Positions 1 to 11,160 of a stretch of 64,000 nucleotides of DNA are shown piece after piece. A program made the position numbers and the translations under genes. A model generated the notes under the pieces. It had not been told where the DNA came from. It worked only from the letters and a program-made list of their open reading frames with translations, and ran no database searches. The stretch lies in contig CAZWEM010000015.1 in NCBI GenBank assembly GCA_964632315.1, positions 1 to 64,000 of the forward strand, in the 5' to 3' direction. Origin of the DNA: an uncultured archaeon. GTDB lineage: Archaea > Asgardarchaeota > Lokiarchaeia > Sigyniarchaeales > SOKP01. Every line of letters begins with the position of its first letter. Position 1 is the stretch's first letter.

Positions 1-1628
1 TCTTCTACAGTTTGCTGTAATTCACCATTTTCTTTTGATAAATACTCATCAACTGCCATGATATTCGTGCCCAAATTAACTTGTTTAGCGGTTTCTTTTG
101 CGATTGCGATATGATCGCCGGTTATCATTTTTACATTTATTCCCATAGATTGAGCAGTTTTTATAGTTTCAGCGGAATCTTCTCGTGGAGGATCAAATAA
201 TGCAATTAAACCGACGAAAATCCAATCTCCATTCCCATTTGTTTTTGCCACTCCTAGGGCTCGATATCCTTTTGATGCAAAATCGTCGACGTAATGATTA
301 ATTGTTTCCGTAGATTTTATATCAGAAAGGAGAGCTAGTATGACTTGAGGCGCTCCTTTTGAGACTTTATAGCATTCTGTAGTCGATTCCGTCTTATCAT
401 CATTTGCATCACAGACAGTCTCAATATCTGCTTCTGTTCTTTTTTTTACTGGATCGAACGGTCTAAACTTTAAAACATTACATTTTTTTAACTCATCGGG
501 CTCGGAAGAATACTTTCTCAATTCGTTGATGATAGCACAGTCTATTGGATCCTGATTTTCTTCTTTAGAAGCTAATGTAGCATAGCTTAAGACATCTTTT
601 TCGGTAAAATCAGAAAATGGGATTACCTTACCAATCGTGAGTTCATTTTTTGTAATAGTACCGGTTTTATCGGAACAAAGTACATCCATGCTTGCCATTT
701 CTTCAATTGCTACTAGTTTACTTACAATTGCTTCTTTTTTTGCCAATGCCATTGCACCGATAGCCATGGTTACTGATAAAACAGCAGGTAAAGCTGCAGG
801 TATTCCAGAAACAGTTAGGATTAAAGCAAATTGCAAAGTTTGTAGTATGCTTTCTTGTCTAATGGTTGCTACAACGAAAATAGCTAAAACAATTACAATC
901 GCTAATGTAATTAAATAATTTCCGATTTTCATTATGGCTTTTTGGAAGTGGCTTCTTGTTTTGGATGATTCCATTAGTTTTGTCGTTTTCCCAAAAAAAG
1001 TGTGTAGACCAGTTCCGCATACAGCACCAACCATTTCACCTTGCTTCACGATTGCTCCCGCATATTCATCATCTAAAGAATGTTTTTCAACGGGTAATGA
1101 TTCGCCGGTTAACATGGATTCATCCACTAATAAATAGTCTCCTTCAATGAGTTTAATATCTGCAGGAACAATATCTCCAAGTCGTACTCGTATAATATCT
1201 CCGGGGACTAATTCTCTCGCCGGAATTAAGCTCCATTTATTATCTCTTAGGACTCTAGCGTTAATAGCTAATCGTTCTTTCAACAATTCAATTGCGTTAT
1301 CTGCTTTATGCTCCTCCCAAAATCGAATTACAGCGTTTAACATTAGCAATGCGAAAATGATCCAGAAATCATCCCATTGTTGATCGATCAGAGACATTAT
1401 AACTGCTGCTTCGATCATCCATGGGATTGGACCCCAAAAATTCTTTAAAAAGTTAATGAGCGGGCTTTTCTTTTTCTCTGGAATCTCATTTGGACCGAAC
1501 TTTTCAAGTCTTTCGGTCGCGTTGGAAGTTGTCAGTCCGTTCTTACTACTTGATAAACTTGCTAAAATTTTATATGCATCTTCATCAGATACTTCTGATG
1601 ATACAGTTTCTAAGCACGTATGAATCAC
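1..1628 (-). CDS. P-type ATPase, type IIIA plasma-membrane H+-efflux family (5' part; runs off window start)
   Basis: Manual translation: GLTTSNATERLEKFGPNEI, LTGES, CSDKTGT phosphorylation motif, KGAPQ, DPPR, MITGD. Not in the ORF track. GTG at 1628 is the first start after an in-frame TGA. Confidence 0.9.
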   Translation of the reverse strand, partial: MIHTCLETVSSEVSDEDAYKILASLSSSKNGLTTSNATERLEKFGPNEIPEKKKSPLINFLKNFWGPIPWMIEAAVIMSLIDQQWDDFWIIFALLMLNAVIRFWEEHKADNAIELLKERLAINARVLRDNKWSLIPARELVPGDIIRVRLGDIVPADIKLIEGDYLLVDESMLTGESLPVEKHSLDDEYAGAIVKQGEMVGAVCGTGLHTFFGKTTKLMESSKTRSHFQKAIMKIGNYLITLAIVIVLAIFVVATIRQESILQTLQFALILTVSGIPAALPAVLSVTMAIGAMALAKKEAIVSKLVAIEEMASMDVLCSDKTGTITKNELTIGKVIPFSDFTEKDVLSYATLASKEENQDPIDCAIINELRKYSSEPDELKKCNVLKFRPFDPVKKRTEADIETVCDANDDKTESTTECYKVSKGAPQVILALLSDIKSTETINHYVDDFASKGYRALGVAKTNGNGDWIFVGLIALFDPPREDSAETIKTAQSMGINVKMITGDHIAIAKETAKQVNLGTNIMAVDEYLSKENGELQQTVE

Positions 1629-1960
1629 TATTCATTAAAATTATTTACCTTTTTACTTCCAATTTAAAAAAATATTAAAATTGAGAATATTTTAACTTAT
1701 TTGAACTTTTCGATGACAGATTATAAATTCCGACAGAAAATTTTAACTATTTAAATGTTTCGATGGGAAAGTTTTCCTATATTGCCATTTTGGATTATGT
1801 TTTAAAAATTTTGGGATTAAAAAAATTAAGATTACAATATAATCTTAATGAACCCTAATCTATTTAGTTTTTAGCTGAGACCAAAAGGGTTTTCATAGGA
1901 AAAAATGCAGTTAAATTATACAGATATGAAAAGTGATAAAAAGAGTGATGAAAACATTTC

Positions 1961-2791
1961 TTATTTTTGTAAAAAATTTATAATCGCTTTATTAACTTCA
2001 GGAGTTCTTGTCATGGGCGCAAAATGTCCTGTTTTATCTATCACGATAAATGTACTATTAGGTATTTCTTGATGCATCTCTTCCATAGTGACCTTTGGGG
2101 TTAATCTATCATGAGATCCGGCAATTAAAAGAGTCTGATTCTTAATGTTTTTTAAGTCCTCAAAAGTATGGTGCGTTTTAAGTGCTTCTGCTTGATTAAT
2201 GATATCTTGACGAGTTGGGGGATCGCTACTAAGCATTTTGATGTAATCTTCAGCAGACCAGATTCCAAAATATTTCTTTTTTGGATTTTTTTCCATTTCT
2301 CTTCTATAAATAGCATGAAAATTAGCTCTCGCAGTTTCCCAAAATGCTTTCTCTGGTCCAATTTCGAGTTCATACAAACGCATTTTCTTATAAATTTCGG
2401 GACCTTCCTCAGTAGGGTAACCATAAACAGTAGCGATAAGGACTAATTTATCCACTTTTTCTGGATACTTTAAAGCAAAATTTTGAGCAATCATTCCACC
2501 AAGACTCCATCCCATTACGTGGGTTTTTTCAATTTTAAGGTAATCTAAAAAGTTTTTAGTATCATCAGCGTACATTTCCATTGTGGTACCAGAAGGGCGA
2601 TCACTCTTTCCTGCACCTCTATTATCGAATAAAATGACGTTATAGCACTTTGACAATTCTGGTGCTTGAGCCATCCATACTTCCTTTTTTACTCCGAATC
2701 CATGGATAAGAAGGAGGGGATATGAATCGTTACTTCCTAATATTTCATAACATAATTTAAGATTTCCAATCTGTGCATAATTTTCAGTCAC
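1961..2791 (-). CDS. alpha/beta fold hydrolase
   Basis: HGFG, DNRGAGKS, nucleophile GWSLGG, catalytic D and GH. Confidence 0.9.
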   Translation of the reverse strand: MTENYAQIGNLKLCYEILGSNDSYPLLLIHGFGVKKEVWMAQAPELSKCYNVILFDNRGAGKSDRPSGTTMEMYADDTKNFLDYLKIEKTHVMGWSLGGMIAQNFALKYPEKVDKLVLIATVYGYPTEEGPEIYKKMRLYELEIGPEKAFWETARANFHAIYRREMEKNPKKKYFGIWSAEDYIKMLSSDPPTRQDIINQAEALKTHHTFEDLKNIKNQTLLIAGSHDRLTPKVTMEEMHQEIPNSTFIVIDKTGHFAPMTRTPEVNKAIINFLQK

Positions 2792-2952
2792 AAACTCAGA
2801 TTAGTAAATATATTATATATTTTTTTTCATCGTTTGATTTAATAATAGAAAAAAAAAATTAATAGAAAGCATCAATATTAAGTTTCAATATGTTTCTAAC
2901 CTATAATGAAAGAGCAAAATGAATTATCTTAGTAGTAATTAATGATTCTTTT

Positions 2953-3516
2953 TTATACAATTAAGCTATATTTTATGAGTACGGTATGTTTTCTATGATA
3001 AAGTTCATGAGGAAATAACTCGAATTTTTTAAATAAAGCATTTAAATCATTCTTTTCTATCCCATGGGGGAGCGAAATGTATTCTATTACATATATATCT
3101 CCATTTTTATTTAAGGACTCAACTATCTTAGCTATTATCTCATCTCTTTCAGAATTTGGGAGATGATGAATTACCCAAGTTATAAAAATTTTGTTAAAGG
3201 TATTCTTGGGGATCTGTTCGTCTCTAATATCCCCTATAATAAAATTGACATTTTCAAATTTTCTTAGGTTTTTTTTAGCTTTATTTATAAACGCCTCAGA
3301 TGAATCTAAACAAGTCAGCTGACTAGAAGGGGTCATTCTTTTAAGGATTTTTTTAGCAAGAATCCCTGCTCCACTTCCGAAATCTAGAATATTTTCTGCA
3401 GTTTTGAATCGAAGCGATTCTAATAACTTTCTATATACCTTCTTTGCATAAAATGGGCAAACTAATGAATAAAGCCAAGCGAAGAGTCTAGAGGGGTTTT
3501 TAAAATTAAGAGACAT
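2953..3516 (-). CDS. class I SAM-dependent methyltransferase
   Basis: ILDFGSGAG motif I, LDSS, WVIHHL. Confidence 0.85.
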   Translation of the reverse strand: MSLNFKNPSRLFAWLYSLVCPFYAKKVYRKLLESLRFKTAENILDFGSGAGILAKKILKRMTPSSQLTCLDSSEAFINKAKKNLRKFENVNFIIGDIRDEQIPKNTFNKIFITWVIHHLPNSERDEIIAKIVESLNKNGDIYVIEYISLPHGIEKNDLNALFKKFELFPHELYHRKHTVLIKYSLIV

Positions 3517-3569
3517 AATTGGAAAAAGTATATTAATAGTTTATAGATGAAGGATGAAATGACTAAGGA

Positions 3570-3734
3570 CTACTTTGCTAATTCCTTCTTTTTCAACCTT
3601 AAATCTTTTCCATGACATCTGCGACATTTTTTTGCTCTCACAGGATTGAGTGCTCCACATCTTCTACATACACTTTTATTAAGTAGATGGTATCTCGCAA
3701 TTTTCCGTTTTTCCAAATCATCAATTGGGCTCAT
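3570..3734 (-). CDS. rpl40e: 50S ribosomal protein L40e
   Basis: 54 aa, below ORF-track cutoff: [54 protein letters not shown]. Confidence 0.93.
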   Translation of the reverse strand: MSPIDDLEKRKIARYHLLNKSVCRRCGALNPVRAKKCRRCHGKDLRLKKKELAK

Positions 3735-3910
3735 GGTTTGTACCTTAAGTCGTTTTCATTACTATAAAACAAAGCTTAAATGGTAAAATGCTTTAAAGAA
3801 TTAAAATTTTTGTATCTATACTTTGTAGCTAAAGTGAAAAAATTAAAATTCTATTAATAATACAATTAATTATTTGATTTAAAAGAAAACTTGTAATTAG
3901 TTGAGTCAAA

Positions 3911-4105
3911 TTGCCAAAACAGATTTATAATGAAGAGGATTTCCTTAAATATTCTGAAGTTGCTGTACACTGTAGGGTTAAAAGGATAAAGGATAATGTG
4001 AAATTGAAATTGCGTACAAAAAAGTATCTCTATACTTTTAAAACCGATCCGGCCACAGCAGAAAGATTATTGAGGAACATAACTTGTGATGTAATTGAAT
4101 TATAA
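3911..4105 (+). CDS. rpl38e: 60S-type ribosomal protein L38e
   Basis: MPKQI...DFL...KDNVKLKLRTKKYLYT...AERL matches eL38 pattern; TTG start. Confidence 0.88.
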   Translation: MPKQIYNEEDFLKYSEVAVHCRVKRIKDNVKLKLRTKKYLYTFKTDPATAERLLRNITCDVIEL

Positions 4106-4144
4106 TTTAATAGAAAATGCAAATAGAGGATTAGATTTTTACGA

Positions 4145-4657
4145 ATGAAAAATCTTCCAGCATGTCAAACATGCGTACATTCAGGATTCTTATGTACAAA
4201 CTGCCAAGAGAAATTAGATGAGGGTATCTTAACTGAGTTTGAATTAGATATTTCGAAATTTCTCCTTGAGTTGGAGGAGCAATCAGAAGATTTTGCATTT
4301 CTTAAGAATGTTTCTTTTTTTAAAGCTATTGATTTTGAAGATGTTGTCATTTTAGTTGTTGGAAAGAGAGATAAGTTACGAATCACTGAAGATCTATTAA
4401 ATTTACTGAAAGAAACTTTCGAAATAGATAAAATAATCTTAATTGAGAAGACAGACAAACCAAGACCAGCTATTGAAGGGTTAATTGCTCCAAATAAATT
4501 GCTTTCATTGAATGAGATTTTCCTTGCCACTGGTGAAATAGAATTTCGCGCTGTTCTTTTTAAAAAAGATGAAGAAAAATTACTTTTTACTAAAGAGGAA
4601 CTTGAAGATTTAGTTTTAGAACTAACGGGACAAGTGACTCGAATTGAATTTGAATGA
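4145..4657 (+). CDS. archaeal NusA-like protein (N-terminal Cys4 Zn site, KH-like)
   Basis: LPACQTC..SGFLCTNCQEKL N-terminus typical of this archaeal family; lies upstream of pth2. Confidence 0.7.
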   Translation: MKNLPACQTCVHSGFLCTNCQEKLDEGILTEFELDISKFLLELEEQSEDFAFLKNVSFFKAIDFEDVVILVVGKRDKLRITEDLLNLLKETFEIDKIILIEKTDKPRPAIEGLIAPNKLLSLNEIFLATGEIEFRAVLFKKDEEKLLFTKEELEDLVLELTGQVTRIEFE

Positions 4658-4714
4658 TTTATCCCGGTATTAAACTAACAAGGATCTTGAGACATTATTT
4701 AGGTTAGAATCATA

Positions 4715-5071
4715 ATGCAAGACTATAAACAGATTATATTGGTTAGGACAGATCTTAAAATGGGTACTGGAAAAAAATGTGCTCAATCTTGTCATGCTGC
4801 TGTTTCAGCCTCTGATATTGTAAGGGTGAAAGATAAAAATTCTTGGAAAATGTGGAAAAATTCTGGACAGAAAAAAGTTGTTTTAAGAGTTTCTGGAATT
4901 GAGGAATTAAGCAAAATAATTACAAAATTAGAAAAAAGTAATCTGAATTATTTTTTAGTGAAAGATGCAGGTTTAACTCAGCTAGAACCAGGAACAATAA
5001 CAGCATTAGGGATTGGACCTGCTAAAGCCAATGATATAGATGAGATCACTGGAGATCTTAAGCTTTTATAA
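4715..5071 (+). CDS. pth2: peptidyl-tRNA hydrolase Pth2
   Basis: [48 protein letters not shown]. Confidence 0.96.
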   Translation: MQDYKQIILVRTDLKMGTGKKCAQSCHAAVSASDIVRVKDKNSWKMWKNSGQKKVVLRVSGIEELSKIITKLEKSNLNYFLVKDAGLTQLEPGTITALGIGPAKANDIDEITGDLKLL

Positions 5072-5090
5072 CATATGGTATGTAAATGAA

Positions 5091-6467
5091 ATGGGATTAG
5101 ATGAACTAGAGTTAATAAGATTTAGTGACGAAAAAGAAATTGAAAAGTTTGTTGGAATTGAATCTTATACTTTTCCAAAATATGATGGAATAGGTGGAAT
5201 ATATAAACATTCCCATAAAGACTTCATCGTCAAAGAAATCACTAAAACAGGTGAAATATTAAAACACTCTGATGAGGATGAATGGATAAGATCAGATCAA
5301 GATTCCAATATCTACACTTCTTTTATACTTAAAAAACATAATAAAGATACATTTGAAGCGATAAATTTGCTAGGTAGAGCGTTAAAAGTTCCAAGAAATA
5401 AGATTTCTTATTCTGGTTTAAAAGATAAACGTTCTATAAGTCTTCAAAAAATTGCAATTAAAGGGGATTATGGGGAGGCTCTGCTTAATTTGCGAATTCC
5501 CGATATTTCTATTAGCAACATTCAATATTCTTCAAAACCCATCAGAATAGGAAGCAATAAGGGCAATTACTTTGTCATTACTATAAGAGATATTGAAAAA
5601 AAAGCCAATCTTAAAGAATTTGCTACTAAAATATTAGATCTCATTTCAAAGTATGGTTTTTTAAATTATTATGGACTCCAGAGATTTGGGACATTTAGAC
5701 CTAATTCTCATTTAATTGGTCAATATCTTTTAAAAGGGGCCTTTCAGAAGGTATTTGATGAATTTGTTTTGCAATTATATTCTTCGGAGTCTGAGAATTC
5801 TCGAAAAGTGAGAAAAGAATTAAGAATCAATAATGATCTTCAATGGGCATACAATAATTTCCCAATTAGTTTGAATTACGAGAGAATGATGATTCGGCAT
5901 TTGATTGATAACCCTGGAGATTTTCAGGGTAGTACAAATCGACTCCCTACTTCTTTAATAAGACTGCTAATAAGCTCCTTCCAATCATATTTATTTAATA
6001 AAATGATTTCCCTTCGAGTGAAAAGAGGATATTCTGTTTTTGAACCAGTCAAAGGGGACCTAATTAGCATTTTAGATGATACTAATGGTGATTTGACTCA
6101 AGTGGCCTATATTTATGGAAACAGTTTTGATCCGTATTTATTAAAAGCTCTAAAAATGAATCGTGCAGCAATTGTTGCCCCTCTTATTGGATATGATACC
6201 GATTTAAAGAGATTCCCATTCTTTGAAAAACTTTTCAATGACTTGTTAGAACAAGAAGATTTTGATGTTTCAATTTTCAATAGTGTTTACTTTAGAGAAT
6301 TTGAATTTAAAGGTGCATTTAGAGCTATAATGAATAAGCCAAATGGGCTTCAAATTATTGATTTGACAGAGGATGATAGATTTTCTGGTAAAATGAAGAT
6401 GAAAATTAAATTTTCTCTTAAAAGTGGTTCATATGCGACGATGTTATTGAGGGAGTTAATGAAATAG
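5091..6467 (+). CDS. truD: tRNA pseudouridine(13) synthase TruD
   Basis: DFIVKEI, YSGLKDKRS, GNYFVITIR, NYYGLQRFG, FQSYLFN, GSYATMLLRELMK; start moved to the non-overlapping ATG at 5091. Confidence 0.95.
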   Translation: MGLDELELIRFSDEKEIEKFVGIESYTFPKYDGIGGIYKHSHKDFIVKEITKTGEILKHSDEDEWIRSDQDSNIYTSFILKKHNKDTFEAINLLGRALKVPRNKISYSGLKDKRSISLQKIAIKGDYGEALLNLRIPDISISNIQYSSKPIRIGSNKGNYFVITIRDIEKKANLKEFATKILDLISKYGFLNYYGLQRFGTFRPNSHLIGQYLLKGAFQKVFDEFVLQLYSSESENSRKVRKELRINNDLQWAYNNFPISLNYERMMIRHLIDNPGDFQGSTNRLPTSLIRLLISSFQSYLFNKMISLRVKRGYSVFEPVKGDLISILDDTNGDLTQVAYIYGNSFDPYLLKALKMNRAAIVAPLIGYDTDLKRFPFFEKLFNDLLEQEDFDVSIFNSVYFREFEFKGAFRAIMNKPNGLQIIDLTEDDRFSGKMKMKIKFSLKSGSYATMLLRELMK

Positions 6468-6470
6468 TGT

Positions 6471-7973
6471 TTAATCTTGATTGATTTCATAAATCTGTAA
6501 TGTGTCTATTCCTAAGATATCAATAACTTTTATGGCTATCCTAAAAATATCACTATGAGATCCCTTAATCAAGTAAGGCTTACTTTCACTCTGAAGAGAT
6601 TTATTCTTTGGTGTTCGAAAGGACCACCAATCGGGTTTAAAAATTTTATTATTATAATTAAAATCAATTGACCAGTAATCAATCCAATCTAAAAAGGTAT
6701 TAACTTTCTTTTTTAGATTTGGATCAATATCATCGATAAAAGGAATAAAATAATCCGTTAAAGCTACTAAAATAGTATTTTTTTCATATTTTAACTTGAA
6801 TTTAAAACTGGGATTTCCTTTTTGAAAGGCAATTAAAGGATTTTTAACTAATGTATTGTTTTCATGTTCATAATTGTTTTTATCGTCATCAATCTTTAGG
6901 ATTTCAAAAGGTGTAGGCGCAATATTGTATTCTCTCTTCCATGAAATGAGATCATAGCTTTTTTCTACATCTTGAATACGTTTTCGACAAATATTAATGG
7001 CATGACTGTTTGAGTCGCAACCTATCCATCTTCTGCCTAATTTCTCTGCGGCAGTTAATGTAGTCCCAGAACCACAAAAAAAATCTGCTACTAATTGATT
7101 TTTTTTAGTTGAAGCGAGAATAATTCTTTTTAATAGGCGTTCGGGTTTTTGGGTTGCAAAAGCTTGATACTCAACAGTATTAGCTCTTACATATGGAATA
7201 TCGTTCCAAATATCTCTTGGAAAAATACCATCTTGCTTAATATAAACTTTTCTTGATAATTTTTTTCCATTATGGCTTCCCCCTCTATAATAGAACTTAC
7301 CTTTATCATCTTCTTTTAAAGCATTCTTTACACGATTAGAATACTCCATATAAATGTTAGGATCATCATTAAAAATATAATCATTTGATTTAGTATAAAA
7401 TAAGATTGCATCGTAAGATCTTATAAAGAAATTTCTGGTTCTTGCTGAAGCAGCAGGATACATCCATATGATTTCATTACGAAAATTTTCAATACCAAAT
7501 AATTCATCCATCAATAGTTTGATATAATGAACGACATGCCAATCTAAATGTATATAGATTGATCCACTTTCAGAAAGTAACTCTTTCATTAGGAGAATTC
7601 TTTCATATAAAAAATTGAGATATTCATCAATTCCTCCTTTCCAAGTATCAGAATAGGAAGTGACTTCTTCGTATTCACCATCTTCTCCAATATTAATTTT
7701 TAATGGAAAATTTCCTCCAGTAGCAAATGGAGGGTCGATATATATTAAATCAATCTTATTAGAATATTCTTCTAAGAGATTTTTCATCGTAATTTTATTA
7801 TCGCCTAAAATTAACAGATTATTTTTTCTTCTTGCTACTTTAAGCTGTTTATGAAGAGAATCTTGTACAATACAAGGTTCTAAAATCTCTATTGTTTGAA
7901 AACGCTTTGAGTCTTCTATATTACCAGCATTTTTATCAATTTCACCTTTAGCTTTCCATTTTAAGGTTGGCAT
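6471..7973 (-). CDS. site-specific DNA amino-methyltransferase (N6A/N4C, beta class, type III Mod-like)
   Basis: IYIDPPF motif IV precedes TQKPERLL..II and DFFCGSGTT motif I; alternative start at 7997. Confidence 0.92.
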   Translation of the reverse strand: MPTLKWKAKGEIDKNAGNIEDSKRFQTIEILEPCIVQDSLHKQLKVARRKNNLLILGDNKITMKNLLEEYSNKIDLIYIDPPFATGGNFPLKINIGEDGEYEEVTSYSDTWKGGIDEYLNFLYERILLMKELLSESGSIYIHLDWHVVHYIKLLMDELFGIENFRNEIIWMYPAASARTRNFFIRSYDAILFYTKSNDYIFNDDPNIYMEYSNRVKNALKEDDKGKFYYRGGSHNGKKLSRKVYIKQDGIFPRDIWNDIPYVRANTVEYQAFATQKPERLLKRIILASTKKNQLVADFFCGSGTTLTAAEKLGRRWIGCDSNSHAINICRKRIQDVEKSYDLISWKREYNIAPTPFEILKIDDDKNNYEHENNTLVKNPLIAFQKGNPSFKFKLKYEKNTILVALTDYFIPFIDDIDPNLKKKVNTFLDWIDYWSIDFNYNNKIFKPDWWSFRTPKNKSLQSESKPYLIKGSHSDIFRIAIKVIDILGIDTLQIYEINQD

Positions 7974-8056
7974 GCTTATTTTTCTATAACATGACAAAGA
8001 ATTTATTATTAATTTCCTTTTTCAAGATGTAAATAAAACACAAAATCGATAATACA

Positions 8057-9379
8057 ATGACATTAGATGAGATGAATCAATGGAGAAAAACCCATTACAC
8101 ATATGATGTTAATCCTGAGCTTTCAGGAAATGAGGTCATACTTGGAGGATGGGTCCGTAATTTTAGAGATCTTGGAGGACTTAAATTTATTAACCTTCAA
8201 GACAAGTATGGTGAAAGGCAAATTACTCTTAAGAAGGGAAATGTTTCTGATGAGTTATTTGAAAAAACAAAGTTAAGTTACCAGTATTGTATTATGGTAA
8301 AAGGAGAAGTAAAAGCATTTAAAAAAGCTCCTGGCGGAGTTGAGATAATTCCAAGTGAGATTAGAATCTTGAACACTACTCCTGAGAAATTGCCTATAGA
8401 TATGACTGGGGAAACAGATTCAGAATTAGATTTGAGATTAAATCATAGAGCATTAGATTTAAGATCTCAGAGAAATCAAGCAGTTTTCGAAATTAGAGGT
8501 GAGGTTCTTCGATCTATTCGATCATTTCTACTTGAAAGGGATTTTACTGAAATCACAACTCCTAAGATTATTGGTTCTGCTACTGAGGGTGGGACCGAGT
8601 TATTTCCGATCATATATTTTGATAAAGAAGCATTTTTAACGCAATCTGCTCAATTATATAAAGAACAATTAAGTGGTGTATATGAAAGAGTCTATGAGAT
8701 TAGTCCTTGTTTCAGAGCAGAAAAAAGTCACACTAAGAGACATCTATGTGAAATATTTACCTTAGATGTAGAAATGGCATTTGTAGACATGTATGATGTT
8801 TTAAATAATTTAGAGGAATTAGTTCACAACGTTATCAAGAATATTAGAAAGAATAAGCTAAGTGCTTTAAAACTCCTAAATATGGAAAAGAGAACCATAA
8901 CTCCTGAAGTTCCATTTCCTCGCTATAAATATGATGAGATTCTTGAGTTAATCCGTAATAAATATGGTATTGATATTGAATGGGGTGAAGATATTTCCAC
9001 GGAAGCATACAGAAAATTGGGAGATGATATGAATGGATATTATTATATAACTCATTGGCCCATGTCAATAAAACCCTTCTATATTAAACCCTCAAAAGAT
9101 CCTAAATATAGTGAGTCTTTTGATCTTCAAATGGGATGGTTAGAATTAACTTCTGGGGGAACTAGAGTACACAATCAAGATGAACTTAAAAAAGCGATTG
9201 AAGCTAAAGGATTAAATCCAATCGCGTTTGAATCTCACCTCAATGTATATGGATACGGAATGCCTCCGCATGCTGGTTTTGGATTAGGAATTGCCAGATG
9301 GATTACGTTTCTATGCGGATTAGATGATATTCGTGAAGCTGTAATGTATCCAAGAACACCAGAACGATTAACTCCTTAA
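8057..9379 (+). CDS. aspS: aspartate--tRNA(Asp/Asn) ligase, archaeal type
   Basis: OB fold [50 protein letters not shown]. Confidence 0.96.
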   Translation: MTLDEMNQWRKTHYTYDVNPELSGNEVILGGWVRNFRDLGGLKFINLQDKYGERQITLKKGNVSDELFEKTKLSYQYCIMVKGEVKAFKKAPGGVEIIPSEIRILNTTPEKLPIDMTGETDSELDLRLNHRALDLRSQRNQAVFEIRGEVLRSIRSFLLERDFTEITTPKIIGSATEGGTELFPIIYFDKEAFLTQSAQLYKEQLSGVYERVYEISPCFRAEKSHTKRHLCEIFTLDVEMAFVDMYDVLNNLEELVHNVIKNIRKNKLSALKLLNMEKRTITPEVPFPRYKYDEILELIRNKYGIDIEWGEDISTEAYRKLGDDMNGYYYITHWPMSIKPFYIKPSKDPKYSESFDLQMGWLELTSGGTRVHNQDELKKAIEAKGLNPIAFESHLNVYGYGMPPHAGFGLGIARWITFLCGLDDIREAVMYPRTPERLTP

Positions 9380-9410
9380 AATCAATATTATTAAAAAGCT
9401 GATGTGAAAT

Positions 9411-10328
9411 ATGTCGGAAGGATCGTTGCAATCCTATATTTTAGCGGGTAAAGCTGTAATAGCCGCTAAAAAATTAGCAAAGAAAATTGTAAAACCAGGA
9501 GTTTCATTACTAAGTATAGCAAATCAATGTGAAGAAGAGATATTAAAGAACGATTGCGAATTGTCATTTCCAATTAATTTATCTTTAAATGAGATTGCTG
9601 CTCATTATAGTCCTCCTATTGGAGATCAATCAATTGTACCAGAGCAAGGGCTGCTTAAAGTTGATGTTGGTTCACATCATAATGGTTACATTGCGGATTC
9701 TGCTTTTACTATAAATATAGATGAAGATCCAACTTTACAAAATTACATTGAAGCAGCCAAAGAGGCTTTAAGTTCGGCTATTGAATTATTTCGACCCGGT
9801 ATAAGATTATATGAAATTGGAGAGGTTATTGCAAATAGAATCATTAACCGAGGATTGCGACCTATCATCAATCTTGGAGGCCATGAGTTAAAAAAATATA
9901 ATCTACATGCGGGTCCTTTTGTTCCTAATTATAAAGATACTCGCCATAATGAAGAGATAAAGCCAGGGCAAGCTTTTGCCTGCGAACCATTCGCTACTTC
10001 TGGAGTTGGCAAAGTAACAAATGGAAAATATTCTTACATCTATAGATTTCTACGTAAGATCACAAAAAATATTTCATATGAAGATCAGGTATATATGAAT
10101 AAGATTGAGGAATACACTAATAAATTACCATTCTCACCTCGATTTATTTTAAAAAGTGGGATTATCCCTGAAAATAAAATTAAAAGAACCATAGATTCAT
10201 TTGTGAGAAAAAAAATTTTAGATCATTACCCCTTACTAATTGAACAGTCAGAAGCTTTAGTTGCTCAAGAGGAGCATACAATAGTCATCGATTTGGATGG
10301 TAATACAATTGTTACAACAAAAGAATAA
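9411..10328 (+). CDS. map: methionine aminopeptidase type II
   Basis: FPINLSLNEIAAHYSP, KVDVG..HNGYIADSA, GGH, EPFAT, QEEHT. Confidence 0.96.
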   Translation: MSEGSLQSYILAGKAVIAAKKLAKKIVKPGVSLLSIANQCEEEILKNDCELSFPINLSLNEIAAHYSPPIGDQSIVPEQGLLKVDVGSHHNGYIADSAFTINIDEDPTLQNYIEAAKEALSSAIELFRPGIRLYEIGEVIANRIINRGLRPIINLGGHELKKYNLHAGPFVPNYKDTRHNEEIKPGQAFACEPFATSGVGKVTNGKYSYIYRFLRKITKNISYEDQVYMNKIEEYTNKLPFSPRFILKSGIIPENKIKRTIDSFVRKKILDHYPLLIEQSEALVAQEEHTIVIDLDGNTIVTTKE

Positions 10329-10329
10329 T

Positions 10330-11160
10330 ATTGAGAAAGAGATAATCTCTATAATATTATGTGCTGGAAAAGGGACTAGAATAGCCCAGAAATATACATC
10401 TATTCCTAAAACACTAATAAAAGTGAAAAATTTTGATGACAAACCTATTTTAGAAATACTTCTCGATAGATTGAATAAAATTGCTAATATCAACCAAAAT
10501 TGGATCGTGATAGGATATCTTGGACCAAAAATTAAATCCTACATTAATAGCCTAATTTCACATGACAAAATAACGAAAAATAAGATTAGAGTTATAAATG
10601 CAATTGAAGATTATGAAAAAGGTCCACTTTATTCTCTATTAAGCGTCCTATCTACTAAGGGGATCAATTCTAATCAATCTTATTTAATTATTCCTGGGGA
10701 TACTATTTTTGAAATTGAAATTCTATTAGAAGCTTCGAAAATAATAAAAAATCATAATTCAAAAAGGCCTCTTATTTTTTATCAAGCTTTAAATGATACG
10801 GAATTCAAAAAAAAAATAAAATCTGCTAAAACTGTTAGGATTATAGAAACTTCAACAAAATATGAGAATTCTAATTCTATAGAAATATTAAACAAATTTT
10901 ATGATAAAATTAAGATTTCAGATTTAAACATAAGAACATTTAAACAAGTCGTGCCAATTTTTGCATTAGATTATGATTTTTTACTACTATTAGCTAATCT
11001 TGCGCCAAAATTAAATACGAATACAATATACGAAGCACTTAATGTGATTAAAAAAGATTATCAAATCCAAGCATATAAAATTGAGACGAGTGGGAAATTC
11101 TTTGATATAGATACTGAAACTGATTTAAAGAATTTAAATAAAAAAAAAAGTGGACAATAG
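10330..11160 (+). CDS. nucleotidyltransferase (NTP_transferase family)
   Basis: IILCAGKGTRI..PKTL, C-terminal DIDTETDL. Start is either ATG 10297 (overlapping map) or ATT 10330. Confidence 0.8.
   Translation: MEKEIISIILCAGKGTRIAQKYTSIPKTLIKVKNFDDKPILEILLDRLNKIANINQNWIVIGYLGPKIKSYINSLISHDKITKNKIRVINAIEDYEKGPLYSLLSVLSTKGINSNQSYLIIPGDTIFEIEILLEASKIIKNHNSKRPLIFYQALNDTEFKKKIKSAKTVRIIETSTKYENSNSIEILNKFYDKIKISDLNIRTFKQVVPIFALDYDFLLLLANLAPKLNTNTIYEALNVIKKDYQIQAYKIETSGKFFDIDTETDLKNLNKKKSGQ
11140..11149 (-). terminator. oligo-T terminator of the candidate ncRNA
   Basis: T10 run on the minus strand 1 nt after the terminal helix. Confidence 0.55.

Noticed and set aside
637-1678. Five plus-strand ORFs in the track
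   Set aside because: Antisense shadows of the minus-strand P-type ATPase
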